Shown here: piece by piece, positions 54,508 through 64,000 of the stretch | Position numbering within the stretch: the stretch's first letter is position 1 | How the letters are laid out: each line of letters begins with the position of its first letter | Assembly (NCBI GenBank): GCA_963796275.1 | Contig: CAWCKY010000001.1 | Location: forward strand, 960,001 to 1,024,000 | DNA length: 64,000 nt | Direction: 5' to 3' | DNA from: an uncultured Acidobacteriota bacterium | GTDB lineage: Bacteria > Acidobacteriota > Blastocatellia > RBC074 | Made by a program: the position numbers and the translations under genes | Notes under the pieces: generated by a model | The model's input: the letters and a program-made list of their open reading frames with translations, nothing else | Told to the model about the DNA's origin: nothing | Database searches by the model: none

Positions 54508-54598
54508 GAGCATTGTTAATTGTTCATTGTTAATTTTACATTTAACATTTTCCTTCAATGACAAATGTAAAATTAACTATGAACAATTAACAATGCTC
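54508..54598. repeat. Long AT-rich heptamer-derived palindrome (family B) between convergent genes
   Basis: GAGCATTGTTAATTGTTCAT...ATGAACAATTAACAATGCTC; shares CTTCAATGACAAATG with the inner hairpin at ~13567. Confidence 0.85.
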
Positions 54599-54607
54599 CC
54601 TGCTTTT

Positions 54608-57600
54608 CTAGGTGGTGAGGCGCCGATAAATCCCCGGCAGTCGCTCCGGCAGGCTCATTACGTCGTCGATGATCGTATAACCCACCTCGCCGTAGAGGTC
54701 CTTCAGTTCAGCCTCGGATTCACGATCGATCGTGATACAGAATGGAGTCATGCCCAGGACTTTCGCGTGGCGCAGGGCCATCTTGGTGTCTTCGCGCGCG
54801 TAGCGCGAATCGCCGTAATCGTGGTCGTAGGGCCGCCCGTCGCTGAGCACTATCAGTAGCTTGGTACGGGCATCCTGCTTCTCCAGCTCCGCGGCCGCAT
54901 GGCGGATGGCCGCGCCCAATCGGGTGTTGTTGTGATAGGTGATGCCGCCGATCCTTTTTTCAACCTCGGCTGAATATTTCTCGCCGAAGCGTTTGATCGT
55001 GAAATACTTGACGTTCCGGCGCCCTTCGCTCGTGAATCCGGAAATCGAATAGGCATCGCCGACGGCTTCGAGCGCTTCGCTCATCAGCACCAGTCCCTGT
55101 TTCTCAATGTCGATGATTTTTTGTCCCGGCCGCGTGTAGGGCTGATTTGGGTGGCGCGTGATAGTGCGCGCAGTCGAGGAAGACATATCCAGCAGAAACG
55201 AAACCGCGACATCGCGCTCGCGCCGGATGCGCCGGATATAGAGGCGATCCGAAGGCCGGCCGTTCGTCTTCTTATCGACGTGATGATCGATCACCGCCTG
55301 CAGGTCGTAATCTTCGCCGTCCAGCTCGCCCTTCACCTTACGCAGTGATTCGGGTTTGAGCATCTGAAATTGATAGCGGATCGATGAGATGATTCCTGAA
55401 TACCGCGCCCGCACCTGCTCGACAAAATCACTATGTCCTTTGCGGTTTTCGCGCTGGATGACGCGGCACCATTTCGCGCGATGATCGCCCAGCTCGCGGT
55501 CCCACTCATCATAGAAAAATGCTTCATCGCCTTCTGCCAGTTCCTGCTCGCTCGTTTCGGCGTTCATCAGGTCATTGAGCAAGTCGGAATCGGTGGGAGC
55601 GCTCTCTTCTTCTACATTCGTCCATTGGTTGAAGAGCTCCGGCCGCCTTTGCTGGACGGGCATCGGACGCTCCTGCCCGCTCTCGTTCTCCCTGTTATCT
55701 TCGCTCTCTTCCTCTTTCTCCTCCTCGTCTTCGGACTTCCGGCTCTCGGACTCCTGTTGGCTCTTGACGCCCTCGAGCAGTTGGTAAACACGGAAAGTCG
55801 CGATCATCGTATCGCCTACTGCCGCGTCGTCGCGCCGCAGATATTCCGCCACGATCTGCTCGAATTGAAGAATCATTTCGGCATACGCGCGGCGAGCATT
55901 CTCATCGATCACGCCGTTGCAGAGCGTGATCTGGAAGAGCATTTCGTAAATCGCCTGTTCGGCGGTCAGTTCGCCGATCGGCGGTCGGCGGACGACCAGC
56001 CGCGCGCGGACGAAGTCAAGGTCGCGCCGAATGCCGCGATAGGTACTCCGCAAACGCCAATCGATGCGGCCGTTCTCCAGTGTAGTGAATATACGCGTAG
56101 CGAGAATGGGGTTCGGGAACCGGGAGAGCACGGTCTTATAATCGGCATTCTCGATCGCCCCAGAGTCGAGCTCGGGTCGGGGGCGTAATCCCAGATGCTC
56201 GGCATTTGAATACTGTATGTACTCTTTGTCACCGAGGTCTTCCTTATTTCTCCCTCTCTCTCCGAAATAGGAATCGATCTCTCTCAGTGCAGCCCGGATA
56301 TCCGGCGTTCCCGCCGCTCGCGTGCCGAATTCGACCTGGCCCGATGCGTGCGCGGCCAGCGCCTTGTAGAGTTTGAAATCCTCCTCGGGAGAACCGAACT
56401 CGGCGATCATGGCGGGCAATAGAATCGTCTGCCCATCATTGATCTTCGATTCCTCGGGAATAGAGCCCAATGGAGCGATCACCATCTCCCGGCCGGTCAA
56501 ACCTTCGACGTATAACCTGAGCAGGTGCGCTACTGATTCGAGTGCAATGCCGTCGTGCGCGCAGCGCAGCGAATCCTGGCTGGTCTTCGATTCGAGCGCG
56601 TAATACGCCTGCGCTTTGCGCCGGTCCAGTCGGTGCAGGTCGGCGCCATCGCGGGCCCACGCCTGGAATTGATCGAGCGAAGCCGAAGCGAGCGCTTTGG
56701 GAGAACTCTTGAAGCATTCGAGTGCTATGTAGACATTGCGTGACGCGAGTTCCTCCACCACGTCGAGGATTGCGTCGACGCAATCGGCGACTCGTTTGCG
56801 TTGCGTGACGCTGAGCGTGGCAAGGACTTTCGGTGTGAGCTTGAGGAAATCGTATACGATGGCATTGCCCTCGTCGGCGACCTGACGCGTGACGCGATGC
56901 CATTTCTCGAAACTCTCTGTCCCTCCGACTTCGATCACCGAACGAGCGGAACGGAAGTATTGCAATGCCGTCGCGCCCCCGCGTTCGAGAAAAACGGCCG
57001 TCTGCCGGCAGAGTTTGACGATATCGGCGGGTTCCTGCACATAGGACAAGCCCTCGCCGACAGCGGTCAAAAACTCCGCAGCTGTAGCGCCCGTGCGCTG
57101 AGCGAAGCTTTCCGCGAGATTTAAGATCGCCTCGATAGGTGATCCGTCGGCGCCGTCCTTGAAACTGCGCAAAGCCGCGAGCGCGCGTGGAGCCGCGTTC
57201 AGGACTTCCGTGCTGTGCTTGACCGAACGATGGGCTACTTCTACGGCGATGCCGAACATCCGCGCCGCAGATCGCTCATCGCCCATCGATGAGGCGCTGC
57301 GCGGCGCGCCGCGAAAAGTCGCCAGCGCAGCGGTCGGCGAGAGGACGATCTGTTTCGCGCAGAGGGCGATCAGCAGAGTTCGCACGGTCATCGGCAAAAC
57401 CGCGAGCGTATCGATCGAATAGCGGAAAAAATCGCTCGCCTCCTCCGCGCTGTTGAGCGCAATGCGCCGCCCCAGTTCTGCCCACGCGCGCAGATCGCCA
57501 TTTTCCAACAGCTTCGCCACGTCAGGCACGGACTTGAAGAAGTCCATCGCGACCTTCGGCGAGACGCCGACGAGCGATGCCCCGATATCAACCGTCACCC

Positions 57601-57709
57601 ACCCGCGCTCGTTCGGTTTCATCCCCATCTTCATCGCGAGCGATTCGACCGTGTTCCGCGTCAAACCTTTCAGCAATGAGCTAGTCAGTCCTTTGCGTTC
57701 TTCAGACAT
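54608..57709 (-). CDS. Large VWA-domain protein, CbbO/NorD family
   Basis: [52 protein letters not shown]. True start MSEERK at 57709; the upstream extension is repeat-derived. Confidence 0.9.
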   Translation of the reverse strand: MSEERKGLTSSLLKGLTRNTVESLAMKMGMKPNERGWVTVDIGASLVGVSPKVAMDFFKSVPDVAKLLENGDLRAWAELGRRIALNSAEEASDFFRYSIDTLAVLPMTVRTLLIALCAKQIVLSPTAALATFRGAPRSASSMGDERSAARMFGIAVEVAHRSVKHSTEVLNAAPRALAALRSFKDGADGSPIEAILNLAESFAQRTGATAAEFLTAVGEGLSYVQEPADIVKLCRQTAVFLERGGATALQYFRSARSVIEVGGTESFEKWHRVTRQVADEGNAIVYDFLKLTPKVLATLSVTQRKRVADCVDAILDVVEELASRNVYIALECFKSSPKALASASLDQFQAWARDGADLHRLDRRKAQAYYALESKTSQDSLRCAHDGIALESVAHLLRLYVEGLTGREMVIAPLGSIPEESKINDGQTILLPAMIAEFGSPEEDFKLYKALAAHASGQVEFGTRAAGTPDIRAALREIDSYFGERGRNKEDLGDKEYIQYSNAEHLGLRPRPELDSGAIENADYKTVLSRFPNPILATRIFTTLENGRIDWRLRSTYRGIRRDLDFVRARLVVRRPPIGELTAEQAIYEMLFQITLCNGVIDENARRAYAEMILQFEQIVAEYLRRDDAAVGDTMIATFRVYQLLEGVKSQQESESRKSEDEEEKEEESEDNRENESGQERPMPVQQRRPELFNQWTNVEEESAPTDSDLLNDLMNAETSEQELAEGDEAFFYDEWDRELGDHRAKWCRVIQRENRKGHSDFVEQVRARYSGIISSIRYQFQMLKPESLRKVKGELDGEDYDLQAVIDHHVDKKTNGRPSDRLYIRRIRRERDVAVSFLLDMSSSTARTITRHPNQPYTRPGQKIIDIEKQGLVLMSEALEAVGDAYSISGFTSEGRRNVKYFTIKRFGEKYSAEVEKRIGGITYHNNTRLGAAIRHAAAELEKQDARTKLLIVLSDGRPYDHDYGDSRYAREDTKMALRHAKVLGMTPFCITIDRESEAELKDLYGEVGYTIIDDVMSLPERLPGIYRRLTT

Positions 57710-57714
57710 AAGAA

Positions 57715-57830
57715 GATAATGGATAATGGATAATGGATAATAGATAAAATGATAATTGATAATTCGTATAAATTGTTGCCACAGGGTATACGAATTATCA
57801 TTATCCATTATCCATTATCAATTATCCATT
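57715..57830. repeat. Heptamer-repeat palindrome with 38-bp core (family A)
   Basis: (GATAATG)n, core TAATTCGTATAAATTGTTGCCACAGGGTATACGAATTA at 57760-57797, (CATTATC)n. Confidence 0.9.
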
Positions 57831-57832
57831 CC

Positions 57833-58675
57833 CTATATCACCGTAGTCACTATCTCACGGATACTTTTTTGCAATTCAATATCGTCGGTGATGGGGCTGG
57901 CGATCGCAATTTCACAAGAAGTTACCGGGTCTACGCCACGAGATATCATTTGAGCCGCGTATACGAGAAGGCGTGTCGATACGCCTTCCTCAAGGCCGTG
58001 GCCTTTCAGGTTGCGTACCTTCTCTCCGATTTTCACCAGGTCACGAGCCGTGGCGATGTTAACTCCACCCTCATGAGCCACTATCTGTACCTCCGCTTCA
58101 ACCGGCGGATAATCGAATTCGATCGAGAGAAACCGTTGTCGGGTCGATTGTTTAAGGTCCTTTAACACACTCTGATAACCCGGGTTGTAGGAGATAACGA
58201 GCATGAATTCTTCGGGGGCATTGAGCAGGACGCCGATTTTTTCGACGGGTAATATTCGGCGGTCGTCGGTCAACGGGTGAATGAGGACGATCGTGTCTTT
58301 GCGCGCTTCCACGACCTCATCGAGATAACAGATGGCGCCATGGCGCACTGCGGTAGTCAGAGGTCCATCGTGCCACACCGTATCATCGCCTTCGAGAAGG
58401 AAGCGGCCGACCAGGTCGGTCGCCGAGAGGTCTTCGTGACAGGCGACCGTGATCAACGGCCTCCCCAGACGATAAGCCATGGCTTCTACGAACCTGGTTT
58501 TACCGCACCCGGTTGGGCCTTTGAGCATTACCGGCAGCTTCGCCTTGTATGCGGTTTCGTAGATCGAGACCTCGTCCTTGACGCTCAGGTAATAAGGCTC
58601 CCGCGTGATGCGGTACTTTTCGATTGTGTGTTCTCTTGGAGAAGCGGTATTGGTTATGCTCTGTATCGTTGTCAT
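57833..58675 (-). CDS. CbbQ/NirQ/NorQ-family MoxR AAA+ ATPase
   Basis: [58 protein letters not shown]. Confidence 0.95.
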   Translation of the reverse strand: MTTIQSITNTASPREHTIEKYRITREPYYLSVKDEVSIYETAYKAKLPVMLKGPTGCGKTRFVEAMAYRLGRPLITVACHEDLSATDLVGRFLLEGDDTVWHDGPLTTAVRHGAICYLDEVVEARKDTIVLIHPLTDDRRILPVEKIGVLLNAPEEFMLVISYNPGYQSVLKDLKQSTRQRFLSIEFDYPPVEAEVQIVAHEGGVNIATARDLVKIGEKVRNLKGHGLEEGVSTRLLVYAAQMISRGVDPVTSCEIAIASPITDDIELQKSIREIVTTVI

Positions 58676-58787
58676 TTGTTCATCCTGCTCTGGTTAGCCA
58701 TTCCGTGTTAAGATTGGTCCTACATCTTAACATTGCGGAAGTTCAGTTTCGAGTTTAAAGCTATAAGCTCCTTTTAAGATTAAGAAT

Positions 58788-59883
58788 ATGATCGCAGTTG
58801 CTTTAAGCGGCGGGGTCGACAGTTCGACGGCAGCCGCACTTCTAAAGGGTCAGGGACACGAGCTGGTCGGTTTCTCGATGCAGCTATGGAATCAAAGGCG
58901 CATCAACGTCGGGCCGGACGGGGAACCTCTGCCATCGCGTTGCTGTTCACTTGATGACCTATACGATGCCCGCACAGTCGCAGTCAAGCTCGGCTTTCCA
59001 TTCTACGTCGTCAACCTCGAAAACGAGTTCGAGCGCGACGTCGTACGCCCATTCGTCAAGAGCTATCTCAACGGCCTGACGCCGAGCCCATGTGTGGCCT
59101 GCAATTCGTTTCTCAAGTTCGACAAGCTGGTCGAGCTGGCCAAAAATGTCGATGCGGAGAAGGTCGCAACAGGCCATTATGCGCGCGTCGCCTATGACGA
59201 AACGCGCGGGCGATGGATGCTTCTGCGCTCCGTAAACAGGGCGAAAGACCAGTCCTATTTTCTCTTTGAATTGACTCAGGAACAATTGAGTTATGCGCTC
59301 TTCCCGTTAGGCGAGATGAGCAAGCAGCAGGTGCGTGAAATCGCGGAGGCCGCGGGATTGCCGACTGCGCAGAAGCCGGAAAGTCAGGAAATCTGCTTCA
59401 TCCCGGACGGCAACTACTCGCGCTTCATCGAGAGGTACCTTGAAGAGGAGAAAACGGCAACCGCGTTGACATCGGGGGAAATCGTCTCGACCTCAGGTGA
59501 GGTGATAGGAACTCATGCCCGGAATCCACCGCTACACCGTTGGACAGCGTAAGGGCTTGGGGATATCCGCTCCCCAACCGATCTATGTCGTGCAGATCGA
59601 TGCCGAAAAAAACCGCGTCGTCGTCGGAAATAGCGATGACCTGTTGAAGCGAGAGATGGTTGTCCGGCGCGTCAATTGGATAGCGATTGATGATTTGCCG
59701 GCGCCCTTACGCGTGACTGTCAAAATCCGCTCGCGCGCCGAAGAATCTCCGGCAACTCTGACAAAAAATGAGGATGGTTCCGTGTCGGTTGGTTTCGACG
59801 AGGCACAGCGAGCCGTGACGCCAGGGCAGGCAGCCGTGTTTTATGACGGCGATCTGGTAGTAGGTGGCGGGTGGATAGTCTGA
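58788..59883 (+). CDS. mnmA: tRNA 2-thiouridylase MnmA, +1 frameshift near 59520
   Basis: [34 protein letters not shown]; second frame YTVGQRKGL...[11 protein letters not shown]...GGGWI. Confidence 0.93.
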
Positions 59884-59981
59884 GAAAGCTCCGGCGATGA
59901 GCATGGCATCGGGCGCCGAGGCCGCCAGGTTTCTTCCGATGCAAAAAAGTGCGCGAGGCCGCGCGCACCAGAGAGGATCTT

Positions 59982-60401
59982 ATGAAACTCATAACCGATT
60001 TGATCTCGCTCTCAACCCGCGGCGACACGGATATCATCGACATCACCCCCCGGGTCTCCTCGATGCTGCGCGAATATAAATTCACGCACGGCCAGGCTCT
60101 GGTCTTCGTCTCCGGTTCAACTGCGGGTATAACCACGATCGAGTACGAGCCCGGTCTTCTCAAAGATATCCCCGCCGCATTTGAAAAGCTCGCGCCCCGA
60201 AATGCCCACTATTACCACGAAGAGACGTGGCACGACGGCAACGGTCATTCGCACGTGCGCGCCGCCATGCTCGGTTGCTCATTGACCGTCCCATTCCGTG
60301 ACGGCAAGCTGCTGCTCGGATCATGGCAACAGATCGTTCTGATTGATTTCGATAACCGTCCCCGCAATCGTGATGTGGTGGTGCAGATGACGGGTGAATA
60401 A
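59982..60401 (+). CDS. yjbQ: YjbQ/UPF0047 family protein
   Basis: GSTAGITTIE, NGHSHVRA, LGSWQQIVLIDFD..R.R. Confidence 0.9.
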   Translation: MKLITDLISLSTRGDTDIIDITPRVSSMLREYKFTHGQALVFVSGSTAGITTIEYEPGLLKDIPAAFEKLAPRNAHYYHEETWHDGNGHSHVRAAMLGCSLTVPFRDGKLLLGSWQQIVLIDFDNRPRNRDVVVQMTGE

Positions 60402-60750
60402 TTGATAATTGATAATTGATAGTGCACACGCTACGAACATATGGACATCAACGGGGAATTTCGCGGTTCTGAGTCGTTTTGGTGAACATAAAAACAAGTC
60501 GAATCACTGAAACGAGCGTCGGCAACCGAATACCTTCAAGCCCTGACTCAGGCCATCTTCTCGAACAATTTTGGTTTTTGGTTTAGAACGAGACTATTTC
60601 TTTCGGCTCTTATTTTTTCTTCCAACCATTTGCGGCCGCACGCCCGCTTTTAGTGATTAACCTGTTTTATGCAGTGGTTGCAAATAGTAGTGGTTGCAAA
60701 TACAGGCTAGATTGTGTTTCGGTTCGCGGATATTCAATGCTACTACCCCG

Positions 60751-60866
<116 letters not shown>

Positions 60867-60873
60867 ATCGTCC

Positions 60874-61353
60874 CTAGGCAGAGGCAACGATCGAGTTGAG
60901 TTGTATTACTTCGGCCGCGCCCACACAGATTGCGACATATGGGTCGTTTTTCCAGCGCTGCGCATATTGCACACCGGCGATGTGTTTGCCGTCAAGGCCA
61001 TTCCGCTCATAGACGCCAACAATGGCGGCAGCGGAGTCGAATACCCGCGAACGATTGCTAAGGCCGCCGCCCTGCCGAAAATCGATACTGTCATCACGGG
61101 GCACAATAAGACGGCGCTAACTATTGACGACCTGAAGCTGTACGCGGACTTCAACCGCGAGTTCGTGCAGGTAGTGCAGGCGGCCAAGAAAGCCGGCCTT
61201 ACAATCAATGACGTGGTGAACAGTTGGAAAGTACCGGAGCGGTTCCTGAAGGGCGGGTACATGACTCCGGACGAATATCAGCGGCTAGCGGGACTGTCGA
61301 TGTCAGCACGCCTGCGGGCGAATGTCGAAGTGATCTGGAACGAGACGAAGTAG
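60874..61353 (+). pseudogene. C-terminal half of a metallo-beta-lactamase-fold (cyclase-like) hydrolase
   Basis: RAHTDCD, LHTGD, VITGH present; HxHxDH absent, and the upstream part of the ORF is REP sequence. Confidence 0.7.
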
Positions 61354-61487
61354 CTAGCCGTATCTTTTGGCGCAATGGAACGGGACTCTCAATGTGGCAT
61401 TATGATCAATTGCTGTTAAGGATTGTTCTCCTTCGCCAACTTTATGTGAATTTTTGCCACAGTGGTTGCAGATTCATCTGTAAAATA

Positions 61488-63038
61488 TCATTCATAACGA
61501 AGAGCTTTGATCGGATCGACGCGGGCGGCGGAGAGTGCCGGATATATCGCCGCGAGCAGACTCACCAGCACCGCGAATGTTATGGCGCCGGCGATCAAAT
61601 ACCACGGAATATTGAAAAACTCGATGTGCCTGATTGCCCGCCCTACCTGCTGGGTCACATATCGGTTGGCCCACGCATTCAAGAGGCGGTCGGTACCCCA
61701 GCCGGAGATGACTCCGAGTATCCCGCCCGTCAATCCGATGAGGATTGCCTCGACGAAAAAAACCCGCATTATTTCGCCATTCGAACCGCCGATCGACTTC
61801 ATAATGCCGATTTCGCGCGTCCGCTCGCGGATCGACATGATCATCGTATTCGAGATGCCGAAAGATGCCACCAGCAGCGCTATGCCGCCGATCAATGCGA
61901 GTGTCGCATTGACTATCATGAATATACGCCTGATATCTTCTATCTGATTGCCGAATTTCCTGAAGGCGAAGCCACGATTTTTTATCTCGTTCTCCACCGC
62001 TTCTACCTGCGAGACGTCGCTGACACGCACTTCGGCGCTCTGGTATCCGGTATCACCGGCGAGCACCTCGCCCAAACGTTCCATGGGATTGCGATTGGCT
62101 TCTCGATACTCTCGGGCTTGTCCGAGCGGGATGAACATATCCGAATAGAGAAAATTGTTGATATCGAACCCCTCCTGGGTCTTCAATACGCCGACGATTC
62201 GATACACCCGCCGTTCGAATCCCTCAACCGTCGCATCGATGGGCTTAGGTGGGGAATTCTCGGAAACGCGAGCGAGATCAGGGATTAAAGGAATACCGAA
62301 GACGCTGGTCGGGGCTGATACCTTCTCGGGAACGGTTAATAAGACGAGTTCTTTGCCGATAACTTCTTCGGCGGCTTTTTGTCGCCTCTCATCTGGTTTG
62401 CTCGGAGAGTGATTCTGGAATGGCACCTTGGGCCGGCGGCGACGGTCGAAGGCTTCCGATGGCTTCTTTCTCACCCAGGAGATGAATCGTTCGGTGACTA
62501 CCGCTTCTTGAGCTTCTTCGCCGGAAATATGGCGGCCCGCCAGAAAATTTTTGAAACGGGGATTGTATTCGATTGAAATCGGCGCCCCTCCGATGATGGC
62601 ATGTCGCGTTCTCCCCTCGTATTGTACGAAATTGCCGAAAGTGAAATTAGGGACCGCGTACCTGACGCCTTCGATGCCCTGCAGTTCGGTTATTGCGGCA
62701 TCATCGAGCAGCCGTGTCGCGATGGGCGTCGGCGCCGGTAAGGCATTTCCATCGGAGGCGGGGGCCGGATCGCCGCCTCCGCCTGAATCTTCGGCAGCGT
62801 TCAATTCGCTCATCGCCAGCAAGGCATCCACTCCTGGCCCCGTCACCCAGATCTGCGTAAATAGATCGATCCGCCCCAGCGCATCCTTCAGTAGATTGTT
62901 CTGCAGGCCGATACCTAGGCTGACCATCGTTATGATGGCCGCGACCCCGACGACGACGCCGGTAACGGTGAGCGCTGTCCGCAACTTGGATTGGCGAAGG
63001 TTGCGCCACGCGAGAGCGATGATATCGAAAAAATTCAT
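61488..63038 (-). CDS. MacB/FtsX-family ABC permease
   Basis: LRTALTVTGVVVGVAA, GISNTMIMSIRERTREIGIMKSIG, AARVDPIKALRYE. Confidence 0.93.
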   Translation of the reverse strand: MNFFDIIALAWRNLRQSKLRTALTVTGVVVGVAAIITMVSLGIGLQNNLLKDALGRIDLFTQIWVTGPGVDALLAMSELNAAEDSGGGGDPAPASDGNALPAPTPIATRLLDDAAITELQGIEGVRYAVPNFTFGNFVQYEGRTRHAIIGGAPISIEYNPRFKNFLAGRHISGEEAQEAVVTERFISWVRKKPSEAFDRRRRPKVPFQNHSPSKPDERRQKAAEEVIGKELVLLTVPEKVSAPTSVFGIPLIPDLARVSENSPPKPIDATVEGFERRVYRIVGVLKTQEGFDINNFLYSDMFIPLGQAREYREANRNPMERLGEVLAGDTGYQSAEVRVSDVSQVEAVENEIKNRGFAFRKFGNQIEDIRRIFMIVNATLALIGGIALLVASFGISNTMIMSIRERTREIGIMKSIGGSNGEIMRVFFVEAILIGLTGGILGVISGWGTDRLLNAWANRYVTQQVGRAIRHIEFFNIPWYLIAGAITFAVLVSLLAAIYPALSAARVDPIKALRYE

Positions 63039-63040
63039 AG

Positions 63041-63718
63041 TCAGCCTTCGATTACCTTGCCGTCTTTAAGCCGAATGATGTTCGTGGCGTATTTGCCCGC
63101 CAGTTCGCGGTCGTGAGTGACCATTACGATTGTCTTGCCATCGCGCTTACGCATATCGTCGAGCAGGCTGATGACCTCAGCCGCGCGATTGCTGTCGAGG
63201 TTCCCCGTAGGTTCATCGGCGAGGAGCACCTGGGGCTCATTAGCGATGGCTCGCGCAATGGCAACGCGTTGCTGCTCGCCTCCCGAAAGTTCGGATGGGC
63301 GATGATCGGCGCGTTGCGTCAACCCCACCCGCTCGAGCAATTCAGACGATCGCTTTCGCCGGTCGCCCTTGCTCAGCCCGGCGAAGGCGAGGGCGAGTGA
63401 AACATTTTCGCGCGCCGTCATCGTCGGCACGAGATTGAAGCTCTGGAAGATCATTCCTACCCGGCGCAACCGGTAACGCGACATCTCCCAAGCCGAGAGG
63501 GGCGCCAGACTCTGGCCATCGAACAATATCTCGCCCGTTGATGGACGATCGAGTCCACCAAACAAATTCAACAATGTCGATTTGCCGCATCCGCTCGTGC
63601 CGAGGATTGCGACGAACTCCCCGCGTTGTATCTTGACTGTGATGTCGGAAAGCGCGCATACGGTTTCTGCTTTCATCCGATATTCGCGCGTCACATTGTT
63701 GGCCTCGAGAATTCCCAT
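63041..63718 (-). CDS. ABC ATP-binding protein (LolD/MacB-like)
   Basis: [37 protein letters not shown]. Confidence 0.95.
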   Translation of the reverse strand: MGILEANNVTREYRMKAETVCALSDITVKIQRGEFVAILGTSGCGKSTLLNLFGGLDRPSTGEILFDGQSLAPLSAWEMSRYRLRRVGMIFQSFNLVPTMTARENVSLALAFAGLSKGDRRKRSSELLERVGLTQRADHRPSELSGGEQQRVAIARAIANEPQVLLADEPTGNLDSNRAAEVISLLDDMRKRDGKTIVMVTHDRELAGKYATNIIRLKDGKVIEG

Positions 63719-63727
63719 AATTCAGAC

Positions 63728-63943
63728 TCATCTGCGCAGCAACCAGAAGATCAGCGTGACCAGGGCGCTCAGCAGCAACATCGTCATGAGCGGGATGTAA
63801 ATTCGCACGCTCCCGCTGCTGTTCGTCCAACTGAAATCGCCCGGCAATCGTCCCAACCGTAGCCAGGGTACTCGCTCGCCCAGCAGGAACAGGGCTCCGA
63901 TGATGATCAGAACTACTCCGCATAGGATCAGTAGTTTGCCCAT
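63728..63943 (-). CDS. DUF2905 small membrane protein
   Basis: LGRLPGDF...IYIPLMTMLLLS. Confidence 0.85.
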   Translation of the reverse strand: MGKLLILCGVVLIIIGALFLLGERVPWLRLGRLPGDFSWTNSSGSVRIYIPLMTMLLLSALVTLIFWLLRR

Positions 63944-64000
63944 CTTAATCCAGAACCTTTCTTCCAGCTACCCGTGCCCCAATGCCTCGTTGCCCCAATG

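Noticed and set aside
57758-57799. A true loxP site or vector contamination
   Set aside because: The spacer is 16 bp rather than 8, the outer arms differ, and the copies are diverged and embedded in native repeats.
59510-59530. Programmed frameshift in mnmA
   Set aside because: No slippery heptamer or stimulatory structure; an extra C in a short run is better explained by sequencing error.
61224-62288. 354-aa plus-strand ORF
   Set aside because: Mostly antisense to the ABC permease, with no recognisable motifs.

Overview
Bacterial chromosomal window. The Oar-type TonB-dependent receptors (TBDRs), the gene set and the intergenic repeat style suggest Acidobacteria; this is inference only. The backbone is mostly housekeeping: an RND pump, a meaB-mce fusion, a PPIase, mtnP, pfkB, dapF, cutA, a two-component system, gltA, comM, mltD, lemA, mnmA, yjbQ and a MacB-like ABC system. 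Less obvious content: (1) a >=772-aa minus-strand gene at the left edge that the ORF track missed, with motifs reminiscent of glutamine-synthetase/Pup-ligase-fold enzymes; (2) a ~7.3-kb island between an intact comM and a decayed duplicate of its 3' end, broken at the CPCG motif, holding an integrase-less attC cassette array with HEPN-like and PD-(D/E)xK cargo; (3) intergenic hairpins built from heptamer tandem repeats, several sharing a conserved 38-bp core with loxP-like arms, one copy interrupted by a nested hairpin; (4) a tandem TBDR+TonB duplication with a conserved pseudoknot-like leader, downstream of a STAND-TPR-BTAD regulator; (5) a CbbQ/NorQ + large VWA pair with no Rubisco or NO reductase in the window. 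Several +1 frameshifts in short homopolymers (TBDR, regulator, mnmA) look like long-read assembly errors. No rRNA, tRNA or CRISPR array was recognised.
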